Made by a program: the position numbers and the translations under genes. The notes beneath the pieces are model-generated. The model had not been told where the DNA came from. It did not search any database and saw only the letters and a program-made list of their open reading frames with translations. From Eledone cirrhosa (taxonomy: Eukaryota), in the NCBI GenBank assembly GCA_964016885.1, contig OZ024743.1, positions 256,184,001 to 256,248,000 of the forward strand: DNA of 64,000 nt. The letters are read 5' to 3'. Position 1 is the first letter of the stretch. Each line of letters opens with the position of its first letter. Of the stretch, positions 14,321 to 27,685 are shown one piece after another.

Positions 14321-14449
14321 AACACTATGGGTGTTGTCATATTAATATTTAACCAATGAAAGTCGTAAAAAATAAATAATTTAAACATTCCGATTCATAT
14401 GTCAATAGCATTAATCTGTTATATGGGTTATATGGGAAAAACCCCAAAT

Positions 14450-14812
14450 TTTGGCAAATGAATTCAGTATGTGTAAATCATGCAAAAAATTGCATAAATA
14501 GCACAGATCGAATAAGCACTCAACCGGGTAATTTTAAAATAAACTTATGCAATTAATCTGTCAATAGAATTATTAACAGGTTAATTGTAAGACTCGGGAG
14601 ATTAATACAAATATAAATTCAGCGAGAATCGCATTTCGGCGAGTAGAAAAAGCGAATCGAAACGCAAAATCAGAGTTATGCTGGCAAGCGCTCTATAGCT
14701 AAAAAGCCAGAGCTAAACATAAGTTAAAACGCCATACAAACTGAAAAAGTGCTCAAGAAACCACTTAAGCCAAAAAACAATTCAAGCTAAACAAGTCAAA
14801 CAAAATAAATCA
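14450..14812. repeat. Dispersed repeat shared with 32533-33371
   Basis: GAGAATCGCATTTCGGCG..AAAAGCGAA..CGAAACGCAAAA and flanks match 32990-33371. Confidence 0.85.
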
Positions 14813-15119
14813 TAAAATCATATATATATATATATACATATACACATATATAACCGACCTGGACCCATTGGAATTGATTGTAAAATCCAAATGCCCGGTT
14901 TTTATGATGTATATATATATATATATATTTCGTTTCTGAATTTGTTTAGCAAGATTCTTTATCTGAAAACGTGTGTTGAAACCGATATTGTTATGCTTTG
15001 GGAGGGTCATGTTGCCAATAAGAAACACACGCACCAGTCGCTTTCACTCCAATTTATTATAAATTAAAGAATTTATAAATTTCCGGTTGGTTCCACAACC
15101 GGACGGTTGTTCATATATT

Positions 15120-15162
15120 GTCAAAGTTCTTTCGTCACACATTATGTGACCTCTTCAGTGAC
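15120..15162 (-). ncRNA. Minimal type I hammerhead ribozyme
   Basis: Minus: GTCA-CTGAAGA-GGTCACA-TAATG-TGTGAC-GAAA-GAAC-TT-TGAC. Confidence 0.75.
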
Positions 15163-15503
15163 TGGGGATTATTTTGTTTGTTTTTGTGTCTATCCTTTGT
15201 TCTGTCCTACGCCATCTTGTTTTTGTGTGTCATCAGTCTCTCATAATCACATTTCAAGGCCTTCTTTTTCTGATCCTTAGTGACACTAAGTAACCGGCAT
15301 CATTCCGGACACACTTATCTCCAACAACATCCTGATTTGCACTGACACTCTTCCACACACGTTCGCATTTTGAGATATCCTATCAAGGATAAAATCTCGA
15401 GCTTCGAACTCGTCAGGAAACAAACTCATAGGACAAGTAATTTTCCAAAATGATCCCCGCCAGAAACAAATTCAAAATGGCTAAAAATCGTGACGTGGCA
15501 GTT

Positions 15504-15585
15504 TGTTTCCTGACGAGTTCGAAGCTCGAGATTTTATCCTTAATAGGATATCTCAAAATGCGATCGAAACCCAGGGGTAGAGACA
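15504..15585 (+). ncRNA. Type I hammerhead ribozyme with extended stem II; partial inverted copy at 15361-15425
   Basis: TGTTTC-CTGACGA-[about 49-nt hairpin incl. TATCCT-TAAT-AGGATA]-GAAA-CCCAGGG-GTA-GAGACA. Confidence 0.8.
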
Positions 15586-16437
15586 TAATCCTGGTAAGTG
15601 TGTACGCATTTCTTCTAACTATAATTTTATACCAAATTGTGTATGGTTGACGGTTATTTAGTCGATTCCCACGTGCTGTTGAAATGTTGGGTAAATATTC
15701 TATGGCGGTCGGCCGCGGAGAGATTGCTGTCGTTTATTTATCTTATATTTCTTCATAGGTGCCTTTTAATCTTATAGCCTGGTCTAATTGATTTTTTTAT
15801 GTGGTTGATTATGCTAATTGGGAGAGGAAATTGTGTATATATATTATCAAATGATTCTATGGACATACTTTATAGTATATTGTTCTGATTGTTTAATTTA
15901 TTAATTCATCATTGAGCCACATCGTGAATGGTTGCCAAAACATATATATCTGTGACTTTGTTTAGTTTGTGTATATGTAAATCTTTATATATATACTCTT
16001 GGTGACCTGATATGATTTCCAGATATAAGGTATGACTCTCTTTATAATTATTATTTTTTATATGAAATACTGATTGATCTTCCTTGTATCCCATGTCTGA
16101 TTTAGCCTTAGAGATTGGCTATGTGTGTATATGGCTGATCCATGCATGTATTTATTATGTTTTAATACCTCTGTGTGTGCATTGGTTGTGTATACATATA
16201 GTTATTCTTTTAATATCCAATTGAGTTCTTATACACGTGGTTAATACCTAACAGGTTTAAATGACCAGCGTGTATATTGTTTTATTTTAAGATGACCTCC
16301 CTTTTGGGGACAGCGTGTATTTTATCTTTGAGAGGACTGCTGGATTTTCTACTCTACCAGTCTCTTCTTGGCGCTGAAGAAGACCTTCACCATTCTATTA
16401 ATGTGGATACAATTCTTATATCGATATTATTTGAGCA

Positions 16438-16561
16438 TCCACTGATGAGTTTATAAGAGCCAGCTTGTGTATAAAACTATGGATTATATACAAGTTTCTA
16501 CATAACCTGGAAATTGTTTATCCCAAATTGTAGAAATCTTATAACGAAACGGCCGTCTGGA
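16438..16561 (+). ncRNA. Type I hammerhead ribozyme with about 97-nt stem II domain
   Basis: TCCA-CTGATGA-GTTTATAAGA...TCTTATAAC-GAAAC-GGCC-GTC-TGGA; inverted fragment of its 3' half at 16834-16866. Confidence 0.8.
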
Positions 16562-16885
16562 AGGAAAGAGATATTTATTTAATAATGTCTCATATACAAT
16601 AATACAACCAGCTATCCACGAAATACTGATTAGTTAGCATCGCAAACACTAAATTGGGATAATACTTAGGTATATCCTAATGTTTGTTGAGTGAGATGGA
16701 GTTGGTCGGAGTATCGCTTAAGGCTTTCTCTGTTTATGTATTGCATATATATATATATATATATATAAAGATTTACATATACACAAACTAAACAAAGTCA
16801 CAGATATATATGTTTTGGCAACCATTCGTTTGCAGACGGCCGTTTCGTTATAAGATTTCTACAATTATATATATATATATATATA

Positions 16886-17478
16886 AGATGTCGCTTAAAG
16901 AATAGCTTTATACAAATCTGTATAGAAACTTCGTATTTCTTAAGAAACACGGTTTTAGGAAGCCGTAACTATGCAAACACCGAAGCTAACGCCATCTAGT
17001 GGTGTCTAGCAGAATTTCAGGTTTGACTGGCAATCGTCAGGAAGGTCCCTCCCACGGCTTGCAACTGCTGGACTTGAAAACTGTCGAGAATATATTGTTT
17101 TCTCGTCTCTGTAAATGAGGTTATTAATCTCATTTGCATATGAAACTGCATAGCTACAGTTTTCTAAAACCGTGTTTCTGTAGAAATACGAAATTTCTAT
17201 ACATATTTGTAAAAAGCTATGCTTGAAGCGACATCTTATTTCTATTGTATTAAAAGTTGAGCCAACTTATGCAGCTTCATATCCAAATAAGATTAATCAC
17301 CTCATTTTCAAGTCCAGCAGTTGCAAGCGATGGAAGGAACCGTCCTGACGAAGGCCACTCAAGCCTGAAATGCATAGACGGTTTTCCCCCTTGCTTCTGC
17401 TGGACACCACCAGAGGTCGTTAACCCCGGTGTTTCCATAGCTAGGGCTTCCTAAACCGTGTTTCTTTAGAAATACGAA

Positions 17479-17486
<8 letters not shown>
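16886..17486 (+). mobile_element. PLE pseudo-LTR-like cassette with one inverted and two direct partial copies
   Basis: 16886-16975 is the reverse complement of 17148-17238; 17436-17486 repeats 17150-17200; 17036-17080 is inverted relative to 17305-17350; contains an HHR. Confidence 0.75.
17338..17383 (+). ncRNA. Minimal type I hammerhead ribozyme, intact
   Basis: AACCGTC-CTGACGA-AGGC-CACTCAA-GCCT-GAAA-TGCA-TA-GACGGTT: 7-bp stem I and palindromic stem III. Confidence 0.9.
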
Positions 17487-17509
<23 letters not shown>

Positions 17510-17525
<16 letters not shown>

Positions 17526-18509
17526 TGTGGTTGTCTGTCTGTCTATCGATTTTTGGCACACATCTCCTCTTAGAATTGTACCGAAATTGCACAGAAATTG
17601 CTATACTTGTACATTGAGCCCTAGCGAAGACATCGGAAAAAAAATATTTCAAATTGACCCACCCTATGTGACGAAATCGAATATAATGTATCGATTTTTG
17701 AGCGTAAGTTATCAGTTATTTCCCTTTGTTCTGTTTACATTGAGCGTCTTACGTAAAAAATTACGCTGGCTTTCTCAGCGTTTAAAATGACATTAACACA
17801 ATACACGAACAGTTGTCGAGCCAGCAAAATATTGACCTGCAAAATTCATCAGTTCGAACACTAAGCTTCCGTTTTGCTTCATTTCCATTTAAAAGCATTT
17901 TAAAACAATATTTTTACTTGAAAACAAGTCTATTTAAAGACTACGTAAAACAAGCAAATATTTCGTCGTTAGGCGTGCAGACAGACAGTCGTGCAGACAG
18001 ACAGTCGTGCAGACAGACAGTCGTGCAGAGAGGTGATATACGCGTGCAGACAGATAGTCGTGCAGAGAGGTGATATAGGCGTGCAGACAGACAGTCGTGC
18101 AGAGAGGTGATATAGGCCTGCAGACAGACAGTCGTGCAGAGAGGTGATATAGGCGTGCAGACAGACAGTCATGCAGAGAGGTGATATAGGCGTGCAGACA
18201 GACATAACTGATAATTTGGTTACGCTAATGTTTTTCTCTGCGTTGCAGTGTTTACATTTTCGATCTTTGTTAATAAATAACCAGTGCAGTTTCTATCCCC
18301 AGCATCCTCTTTTGTTATAACATTCGGGTTATCGTTATGTTTTCTTAACTTCATAAGGCATATTGTTGGTTGAGGGAATATTAATAAAAAACACCACATG
18401 CAAGTCTGCACAGTAGACACTACAGTTTTTAAGCCAAGAAAGAAACTTAACATTGTAACTTTAACACAGCTACTGAGCGACCCCGAGCAACGCCGGGCTT
18501 TACTGCTAG
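17510..18509 (+). mobile_element. Non-autonomous Helitron with internal minisatellite (5' boundary approximate)
   Basis: 5' TATATAAAACTGTGGTTGTCTGTCTGTC; 3' hairpin CCCGAGCAACGCCGGG followed by CTAG|T at 18506-18509, similar to the end at 13720. Confidence 0.78.
17971..18204. repeat. 37-bp minisatellite (AGGCGTGCAGACAGACAGTCGTGCAGAGAGGTGATAT)
   Basis: About 5-6 tandem copies plus 16-bp subunits. Confidence 0.93.
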
Positions 18510-18736
18510 TATATATATATATAGCAAAAATTAGGTATTCGGATTTGTTCTCTCAAGTTGCGATGTATTTATAGTATATTTGGCAATTTTCGACGAAAAG
18601 AAGTAAGTGACATAGTCACTATTTTAAAACTGATAGCGTATGGTATTCTAAATGTTTTTAATTAAACATACGGTATATTGCCAAATATACTATACATTCA
18701 TTTATACACCGCTATTTCAGAGCCCCAATCAGATTA

Positions 18737-18787
<51 letters not shown>

Positions 18788-18825
18788 ATTAAGTCAAATA
18801 TGTAAAATTTGGCTTTGTGTATTAT

Positions 18826-18880
18826 ACTGCTATATATATTTCGGTGACAGCCATCATTGGCTGTGACCTCTTCAAGCAGT
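18826..18880 (-). ncRNA. Type I hammerhead ribozyme, C3U core
   Basis: Minus: ACTGC-TTGAAGA-GGTCACAGCCA-ATGA-TGGCTGTCACC-GAAA-TATATA-TA-GCAGT. Confidence 0.85.
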
Positions 18881-19562
18881 CCGATTGGTGTGAGAAGGAC
18901 AGGTACACATGTTGTTGAAGTGTGTTTTACTCCGTCAATCCATCAATATGTTCTATTCCAGGTAGTGTTGTTATTTCTCTTAGGAACTGGAATCATATGA
19001 GTTAGAGCATCGAATTTCGGCGTCATAGGACACGCTCGCATCCCATTGGTCAGTTGTGAGAACATCCTCAGTCAAAAGTCTATAGAAATTTTTCTGAGGC
19101 AAGACAATCTGTTGTAGTAGTTTGTGTTTAGGTACGGCTGACCTCCTCCAATCTGTTGGTAGTGGTAGTGGTGTTAAGGGGTCATCTGGCAGGTTAGTTT
19201 TAGTGTGCTGCTGCTATGTTGAGAACAATTTGTGTGTAGATTGGCATCTATCCTGCCACTATTTCCCGTGGTGGGGAATGCCAAACAAATAAAAAATAAA
19301 AAATGCGTGTATGTTACAAAGAATAGAACAATTTGAAAGATTTGAAAAATATTAACTGAAGTAGAAAACCTGTGTATCATCGAGTGGTGCTTTATAAGAG
19401 CAAATGAGATAAAAGTGGAGTGTAACACATCAGAAACCTAAGTGTGAAAATACGGAAATGCAAAGGATTACAGTTCTTATTTCGGCATAAATTACATATG
19501 CATGTATGTCAACGCACATCGTTGCAAGCACACACGCACAAACACAGGCTCAGGTGCATTCC

Positions 19563-19619
<57 letters not shown>

Positions 19620-19635
19620 TACATACATACACTAT

Positions 19636-19710
<75 letters not shown>

Positions 19711-19889
19711 CACACACATACACATACCTGCAAGTATCTATGTATGTATAATTTTAAACAATAGTATCTATGCATGGACATATGTATACATATGTATTGC
19801 TATAGGAGATGATATAGGAGTAGGGGTGGTGAGTGTGTAGGGGTGGTTTACCTTGGGCTCGGTGTGGCGGGGAAGTTCTCATCCCAATG

Positions 19890-20335
19890 TGTTGTTGTTG
19901 TCCATATAGCTTGAGGAAGGTCCCGGCCCTGAGGTGTCTACATCTACCGAAAAGTCGGCCTTGGAGTTTATTAGGCTGCTTCCACCGCTGAGTATCTCGA
20001 GGGTCTCACTCAGACATAGAATGCAGATGCCAGACCCCCTTCTATGAGGTGGTACTTTCCGGATTTTGGACCAGGCTAGAGAGTACGTGGTCCTGTCCAG
20101 CTTGAGATTCCAGATCAGTTCGGAAAGAGTCGTACTTTTCCTTTTGTCCTCCCTATTAAAGGAATGGCGATGGTTATACCATCGGTCTTTGAAGCTCGTT
20201 GATGTGGCTCCTATGTAAATGTGTTTTAGAGTTGGGGTTTTTTACTCTACATCCGTATATTAAGTTCTTCCTTAGGCATTCATTACTAAGGGGGCATAAT
20301 ATGGGGGTTCTGCAGTTGCAGGAGGTGGTGGACAC
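19890..20335 (-). mobile_element. Penelope-like GIY-YIG endonuclease remnant
   Basis: Minus translation CNCRTPILCPLSNECLRKNLIY...IYIGATSTSFKDRWYNHRHSFN..STTLSELIWNLK..CILCLSETLEI. Confidence 0.85.
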
Positions 20336-20750
20336 CTGAGTGCCTAATGTGGGGTTCCCGTTGCGTATTATAGGAAAAAATGCATATATATATCAATATA
20401 TATAACTTATAATCTAATGTTACGAAAAAATAAAGGAACATGTTATGTATATTTGTAATAGTAAATAAATATCAACAAAAGGGAAAGAACTCTTATTAAT
20501 TATAATGAAATTATATTCTTTTAAGAATGGTCTATAAGGTGATCGTGATATAAATAATATATTATGTTAAGGAATATAGATAAAGGCATTACGTTATTTT
20601 TTAAAAAATATATATTTCAAATGTTTATCCTAACGGTCCCTATTTTTTTATTCTCTCTTCCAATTAATATCTGTTATGAACATAACTCTGTTGAATACTT
20701 ATAAACAAAGCCTATAACTCATTGTTTATATATATATGTATATATATATG

Positions 20751-20808
<58 letters not shown>

Positions 20809-20936
20809 AACATATATATATATATATATATATACATATATATTTATATATAAACATATATATATATATATATATATACATATATATTTATATATACACA
20901 CATATATATATATATATATATAGGAACGAGTAGGAC

Positions 20937-21030
20937 CCCCGACGGCTGAGCTCAAGCCGTTTCGACGGCTAATTCTGGACTAAATGAACATTTTTATCCT
21001 GGTATATGAATAGCCGAGCTTCTCAGGGGG
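20937..21030 (-). ncRNA. Hammerhead-like motif, CUGAGAA (G8A) core, long stems II and III
   Basis: Minus: CCCC-CTGAGAA-GCTCGGCTA...TAGCCGTC-GAA-ACGGCT-TGAGCTC-AGCCGT-C-GGGG. Confidence 0.65.
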
Positions 21031-22230
21031 TATTTCCATATATGGTAAAAGTGATTGTCACAAGGATTGGTCAAAAGTCTGTTGTTAAGACACATAATTC
21101 TAACATGGCAATTTGTGGAAGGAAGGGGTAGCTGAACCTGCCAGTAGAAGAAAGAGGGAGAGGGGGAGGAAACCCAGTCGTGCGTTGATAGTGCCAACTA
21201 CAGCAGGGCATGAGGTCAAGGAAATATACTAGGGAGTGGGAGGGGGAGGAAGTCGAAACAAAAAGTAAAACAATATTTGGGTAAAAAATATAAGAATACC
21301 GAGAATGTTAAAAAAAACAATTAAATAAAAAAAAAAACAATTACTGGTTACTATTCCCCAACGACAGCCATCAAGTCTCTCACTGGTACTGCTAGACTAT
21401 AGAAAAGTTTACTAGGTGGGACGGAATTATAATGAGACCCTTTAAGAGGTAGTAGTAATCAACCGAGTATATCTTACGGTGACGGGTCAACAAGTGGGGG
21501 GGGGGTCAAAACACTAAAGAAACTACCAGGAAATAATAATTCAGAGTCCCTAGACCAATACGAAATAATTGTTTCTATCCTAGGCACAAGGCCAGCAACC
21601 ACCCAGTGCAAAAATTAAACTAATACGAAATAATAAATCAGAATCCCGAAAAAGAATACTAATACTATCTCTAAGGGTGCCGCTACGATACAAAAATTCT
21701 AGTGCAAACTACATAAATGCTCGTACGAAGTATATGAAAAATTTGATACGGAAAATTAATTCAGAACCCCCACTTGTTGACCCGTTACCGTAAGATATAC
21801 TCGGTTGATTACTACTACCATTTAAAAGGGTTTCATTATAATTCCGTCCCACCTAGTAAACTTTTCTATAGTCTAGCAGTACCAGTGAGAGACTTGATGG
21901 CTGTCGTTGGGGAATAGTAACCAGTAATTGTTTTTTTTAATATTTAATTGTTTTTTTAACATTCTTGGTATTCTCATATTTTTACTCCATATTGTTTTAC
22001 TTTTTGTTTCGACTTCCTCCCCCTCCCCCTCCCTAGTATACTTCCTTGACCTCCTGCCCTACTGTAGTTGGCCCTTTCAACGCACGACTGGGTCCCCCCT
22101 CTCCCTCTATCTTCTATTGGCAGGTTTAGCTACCCCTTCCGTCCACAAATTGCCATGATAGAATTATGTGTCTCAACAACAGACTTTTGACCAATCCTTG
22201 TGACAATCACTTTTACCATATATGGAATTA

Positions 22231-22324
22231 CCCCCTGAGAAGCTCGGCTATTCATATACCAGGATAAAAAGTTTCATTTAGTCCAGAATTAGCCGTCGAA
22301 ACGGCTTGAGCTCAGCCGTTAGGG
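22231..22324 (+). ncRNA. Second copy of the CUGAGAA hammerhead-like motif
   Basis: CCCC-CTGAGAA-GCTCGGCTA...TAGCCGTC-GAAACGGCTTGAGCTCAGCCGTT-AGGG. Confidence 0.6.
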
Positions 22325-22416
22325 TCCTACTCGTTCCTATTACCCACTCTACTACCCTAAGTATTGAGTACTTTGGTGCGTTATGGTCCACCAGGTTCCT
22401 TACCACATTTCCTTCG

Positions 22417-22491
<75 letters not shown>

Positions 22492-22514
22492 CACACACAT
22501 ATATATATACACAC

Positions 22515-22607
<93 letters not shown>

Positions 22608-22611
22608 CACG

Positions 22612-22691
<80 letters not shown>

Positions 22692-22841
22692 AGGATTAGA
22701 ATACTGGAGCGTGTTGTAGTTAAATACCCTCTTCGTATTATAGAAATGACAGTAAAAGGTCTAGCTCAATGCAGTTAAACAGAGCCAAAAAATTAAGAGA
22801 GTAAAACAAAGAATCCTTTAATACATCAAAAGTTTTTATTA

Positions 22842-22879
22842 GCCGACAATGTTTCGTCCTATTAAGGACTCATCAGGGC
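22842..22879 (-). ncRNA. Minimal type I hammerhead ribozyme, canonical core
   Basis: Minus: GCC-CTGATGA-GTCCT-TAAT-AGGAC-GAAAC-ATT-GTC-GGC. Confidence 0.93.
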
Positions 22880-22922
22880 AATCATATATATATATATATA
22901 TACACACACATATATATATATA

Positions 22923-23269
<347 letters not shown>

Positions 23270-23335
23270 CATATATATATAGAAAGAGAGAGTGTGTGAT
23301 GAGACAGATACAGATAGATAGAATGGTTATGTGAC

Positions 23336-23391
<56 letters not shown>

Positions 23392-23699
23392 TGAGAGAGA
23401 GAGAGTGAGAGAGAGAGTGAGTGAGAGAGAGAGAAGGAGAGGGAGAGAGAAAGAGATAGATGAAGAGATCAGGATTTTTTCAACATGCTGACGCATATGT
23501 GTGTGTGTGTGCATATACTACATCTATATGTATGAGTATATAATTATATTCGCGCAAACACAAACTTACGAAAATACACACCCACGGACATACATTCACG
23601 CAAATACACATACTTTCACCCAAACACATACGTTCACGGAAATACATTTACACAAAGAGACACATACATTCAGACAGTCGAGAGTAAAACGAAGTACAA

Positions 23700-24255
23700 C
23701 TTTTTTATTTATTTATTAACAACACACTTTTTTTAAAAACTCATTTGTATAAAAATTTAATATAATGGTTACAGAACAAATATAATATATACAAAGGAAA
23801 GTATCACTAATAATGTTTAAGGCATGCCAGCACGCTCGCAGCGTTACGTTACCTAGGGTGATGGCGAGGCTGAGGTGCTGGAACAACCAAGTGCCCTGAC
23901 GAGCATCACCAGTTACCTCTGTGTGGCGAGCCGCCAGTGGAGATAAGAACCTCGCTGTCAGTAGCCCGACTACCCCAAACGTCTCGAACTCCACAGGCTG
24001 GATAATGTTGTTAGCTGACAGAACACGGTATTTTAGGATTTTGTTCCGTTTAGCTGCGGATGCTGGAGCTCTCGCCCTTACCACTGCATCCAGGATGTAG
24101 GAAGAAGCAAAAGAGTCCCTAACTGTGAAGTCCTAGATAAGGCATCTGCTTCTTGACCAGGAGCACAGAGTAAGACCGTCAAGTCTTTTCCCATCAATTC
24201 TGGACAAGCCAGACGGTTCCAAAATTGAGGGCATGTTTTCCCGGGCTAAGGCTCT
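23700..24255 (-). mobile_element. 3' end of a CRE-like non-LTR retrotransposon (restriction-like endonuclease domain)
   Basis: Minus: EPSGLSRIDGKRLDGLTLCSW...DFTVRDSFASSY...ASAAKRNKILKY...PVEFETFGVVG...WLFQHLSLAITLGN, then AATAAA and an A-rich tail. Confidence 0.82.
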
Positions 24256-24489
24256 AAAGTGGTAATAGGACAGTGTGTGTATGTGCGCGCGCGTGAGTTT
24301 ATTGGCGTACTTAAATTAGAGACACTTGTGTGTGTGTCACTACTTTTAAGTCAGAAACATATGTGTGTGTATCCCTTTCCTTCCTTTTACACACACATGC
24401 ATTCACATAAACACACATACACACTGTGTGACGGACGGGTGTACAGAAGTCCCTCAAATTTATATACATGTGAATGGAGTTCTACTGAA

Positions 24490-25142
24490 GCATGAGTGAG
24501 GATATGCAGGAGGCTGAATTAAGTGCAAGAATTGCAAAAGCTAATGCAGTAATGTACCACCCTCAGTATTCAGCAATTAGAAGAAACTCGCTGTCTTCCT
24601 GTTATTCCTGCCAACTCTTACCGATGATCATGAATCTTGGTTAATGACCAAAAGAATACAATTGAAAATAAAAGCGCCAGAAATGGGGTTCTTCCGAAGG
24701 GTCTTTGGAATAACGTTACTCGATAAAGTGCATAACTCAGAGACCAGAGTGTCACTCCTGGTAGAGCCTCTACTTCTCCGAATTGAGAGATCACAACGCC
24801 GATATTATGAGCATGTGGTTAGAATGTATCTGTACAGAATCGCTGGACAGATTTTACAAGCAAAACCAACCGGCAAGAGACCCAGAGGTAGAACCTGAGC
24901 AAGATAGTTGGATAACATCCATGAGTTTGGCTGGACACGATTTGGGATCCCGCTGGTTCAGTGAAAGATGTTTGCTTCTGACAGACTCGCTGGAAGAAGT
25001 GTTTCAGAAGGACTCTTCCCCCACGACCCTCTCAGAAATAAGTGGGCGAGAAGAAGATATTGTCATTTACTTTTCAATTTACATATATCTATATTCATAT
25101 ATATTTGCGTATAATACCAATATGCACACTACATATGCTAGC
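24490..25142 (+). mobile_element. RTE-like LINE 3' fragment
   Basis: EMGFFRRVFGITLLDKVHNSETRVSLLVEPLLLRIERSQRRYYEHVVRM..KRPRGR; the same 3' end lies inverted at 31995-32215. Confidence 0.85.
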
Positions 25143-25251
25143 GAGATTAATTTTTCAACATAGTCCCTGGAAAGAAACAATGCATTTATTAATGAGAAGA
25201 GTTGAAATTAATTGTTTCTACTGTTGACACAAGACAAGCAATTATCCTAAT

Positions 25252-25402
25252 ACATTACTGGTACTTTATTTTATCGACCCCGTATGGATGAAAGGCAAAG
25301 ATAACCTCGCCGAGATTTGAACTGGGACTGTAAAGAGCCGTAACTCTATGCTGAAAACCAGAATGTCCGACCCTCTACTGATACTGCCAATCTACCACCC
25401 TT
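25252..25402 (-). mobile_element. SINE family A
   Basis: Reverse complement of the consensus seen at 61338. Confidence 0.8.
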
Positions 25403-25490
25403 AAGTGTTGAAATTAATGGATGCAAGTTTTCACAGCCCCAGCATCAATCCTTCATAATCAGCCACAAGATTTGAACTTTTCATCCGACC

Positions 25491-25538
<48 letters not shown>

Positions 25539-25818
25539 TATACAGATGACCACACTATTGTCTAATCTCTCTACCTACCTATATTACTCCCTATCTATCA
25601 ACCTACCTCCCTGTCTATCTACCTGCCAACCTACCTGTCTGCTTCTTTCTAAATATATAAATATATATATAACCAAAGATTAATATGGTTCATTGATTAC
25701 TCAATTAATATAATTTAACAATAGATTAAAAGCCCTCTACAATGATGTTTTCTGGAGTTATTAATATTATTCAAAATATTAATAAATAAAGACGTTCACA
25801 TAATCACAATATATTTAT

Positions 25819-25878
25819 TTTATTATATATATTTCGAAGGTACTGTGCTGTTTTTTCAGTACGTCCTCGTCAGATAAA
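25819..25878 (-). ncRNA. Type I hammerhead ribozyme in downstream pLTR
   Basis: Minus: TTTAT-CTGACGA-GGACGTACTG..CAGTACCTTC-GAAA-TATATA-TA-ATAAA. Confidence 0.85.
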
Positions 25879-27685
25879 TTGATGTATGACATACCTCAAC
25901 TGTCTTGATGGTTCAATTCCAGTATTGGCAGAGATTTAATACAACAAATCTCAATATTTATATACTACAAATAATAACATGATAAACTTAAATATGATGA
26001 AGAAGAGGATGTGGAGCGAGTTATAGGTATAAGGAGGAGATGAGTGTGAGGAAATGCAAGAAGAAATAAATACACATACATACATAAATATTTAAATGCG
26101 TAAATATCCGTGTTAGGGAAGAAAAAGAAAGAGAGATAGATAGAAGAGAAAAAGAAGAAGAGAGGAGAAAGAAGAGAAGAGATAAGAAGGAGAGAGATAG
26201 ATAGATGAGAGAAGAGGAAATACGTAACTGCAAAAAGAAAAGAAAGAAAGAAAGAAAGAAAGAAGGAAGAAAGAGACCTGATGTGTGACGGTTGTTTTCA
26301 AATATTAAGTCAAATAGAAGTGAACAATTAAATACCATGAAATGTTTAATATCTTTTGTATTTGATTATGTTTAAGCTAATTATACTAATATATTATATC
26401 GAAATTAAACAATATAAAATATTTTCTATAATAATCAGAAGCATAGTTTAATTAATATATATATTAAATATTTTGTTACAAAATTCAAAAATATTTTTAT
26501 CTATAAAGCAAGTTTAGATACCTATTAAATATGTATAAGAATATTTACCACAACCTCTGCGCATATACCATCGGTATATGCATTTTATATAATGTTTAGA
26601 ATTATTATCTGAATTATTCTTTTTTCATTATAAAAACAGTTCAATCCATTAGTTGTCATTTACATATAGGATTAATAAGTAGTTATATTTACTCTTAAAA
26701 GTATTATTATTTCGATTTTACTTATGTAACTACATCTTAATATATGTAGTTTCCCTTAAATGATTTTTCGTATATTATTAAACTGTATGAATCATGTTAA
26801 ATATACATTAATAATCCATTTGGATAGAAAGAAAATTAATTACGAAGAATGTAAACAAAGGAAGTTAATCCGTACAACTTATGTGATCATTTATAATATC
26901 TAAGTGCTTTGAAAGCCAAAAGATATTTCAAACCGCAAATTCAGAAATTTCTAGTTATACAATGACCATTCTAAATACGAACTTAGGATACTGAGTCACA
27001 TCATGAGATTAATTTACTATATAAAAATGATATACATTTTTTAAGGTAAGGCAAAACATTATATATATAGTAATAATAATAATATTTCAAGAATTATAAA
27101 TAATAGTCAATATTTTTTTCTTCTTAGTCAGTATTTTTTTCCAAATTTATATAATGCTTGAAATGTTTTTCAAAATTTATGCAGACAAGTTCCAAATAAT
27201 TCGTTCTTTTTATTAATTAAATTACCATAATTGGTAATTATTAATAGAGTTTCTAAATTGCAAAGATTGCAGTTTCGTGAAATGGAAGCGTTCTGGTAGT
27301 AATCGGAAATCTTAAGTTTTTTCCAAGAAATTGAGCATTTAGTATTTTTCTCTTTTAAAGACCATATTAATTGCGATAATGAAGTAGAAAATTTTAATCT
27401 GGATTTGAGAAAGAATGTTTATGATTGGAAAAGCGAAACTTAAAGTTCGATGAAGTGGCACCTATGTAGTTATAATATTATTATTATTTGTCTTAATGGT
27501 ACATTTATATACTAAATTCTTATCAAGGCAATCATTTTGTAAAGGGCATTCCGATTTCCTTCTACAGTTACAGTTCAATTCCATTTTATTTCTATAACCT
27601 AAACTATTCGTATTATCATTGTTATTATTTCTAGATGTTCTACTATTATTCGTATTTAAACTATTGTTATTTTTATTCACATTAA

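Larger units (their letters stand above)
20922..22418. mobile_element. Large inverted duplication of a pLTR-like cassette between (TA)n tracts, arms about 575 bp
   Basis: 20922-21500 is the reverse complement of about 21768-22337; further family fragments at 35365-35525 and 41005-41182. Confidence 0.9.

Noticed and set aside
17971-18204. CRISPR-like 37-bp periodicity
   Set aside because: No unique spacers, no cas genes, eukaryotic context; it is a minisatellite
18900-19470. PLE coding remnant upstream of the 18826 hammerhead
   Set aside because: Plausible by position, but no convincing protein motif could be read
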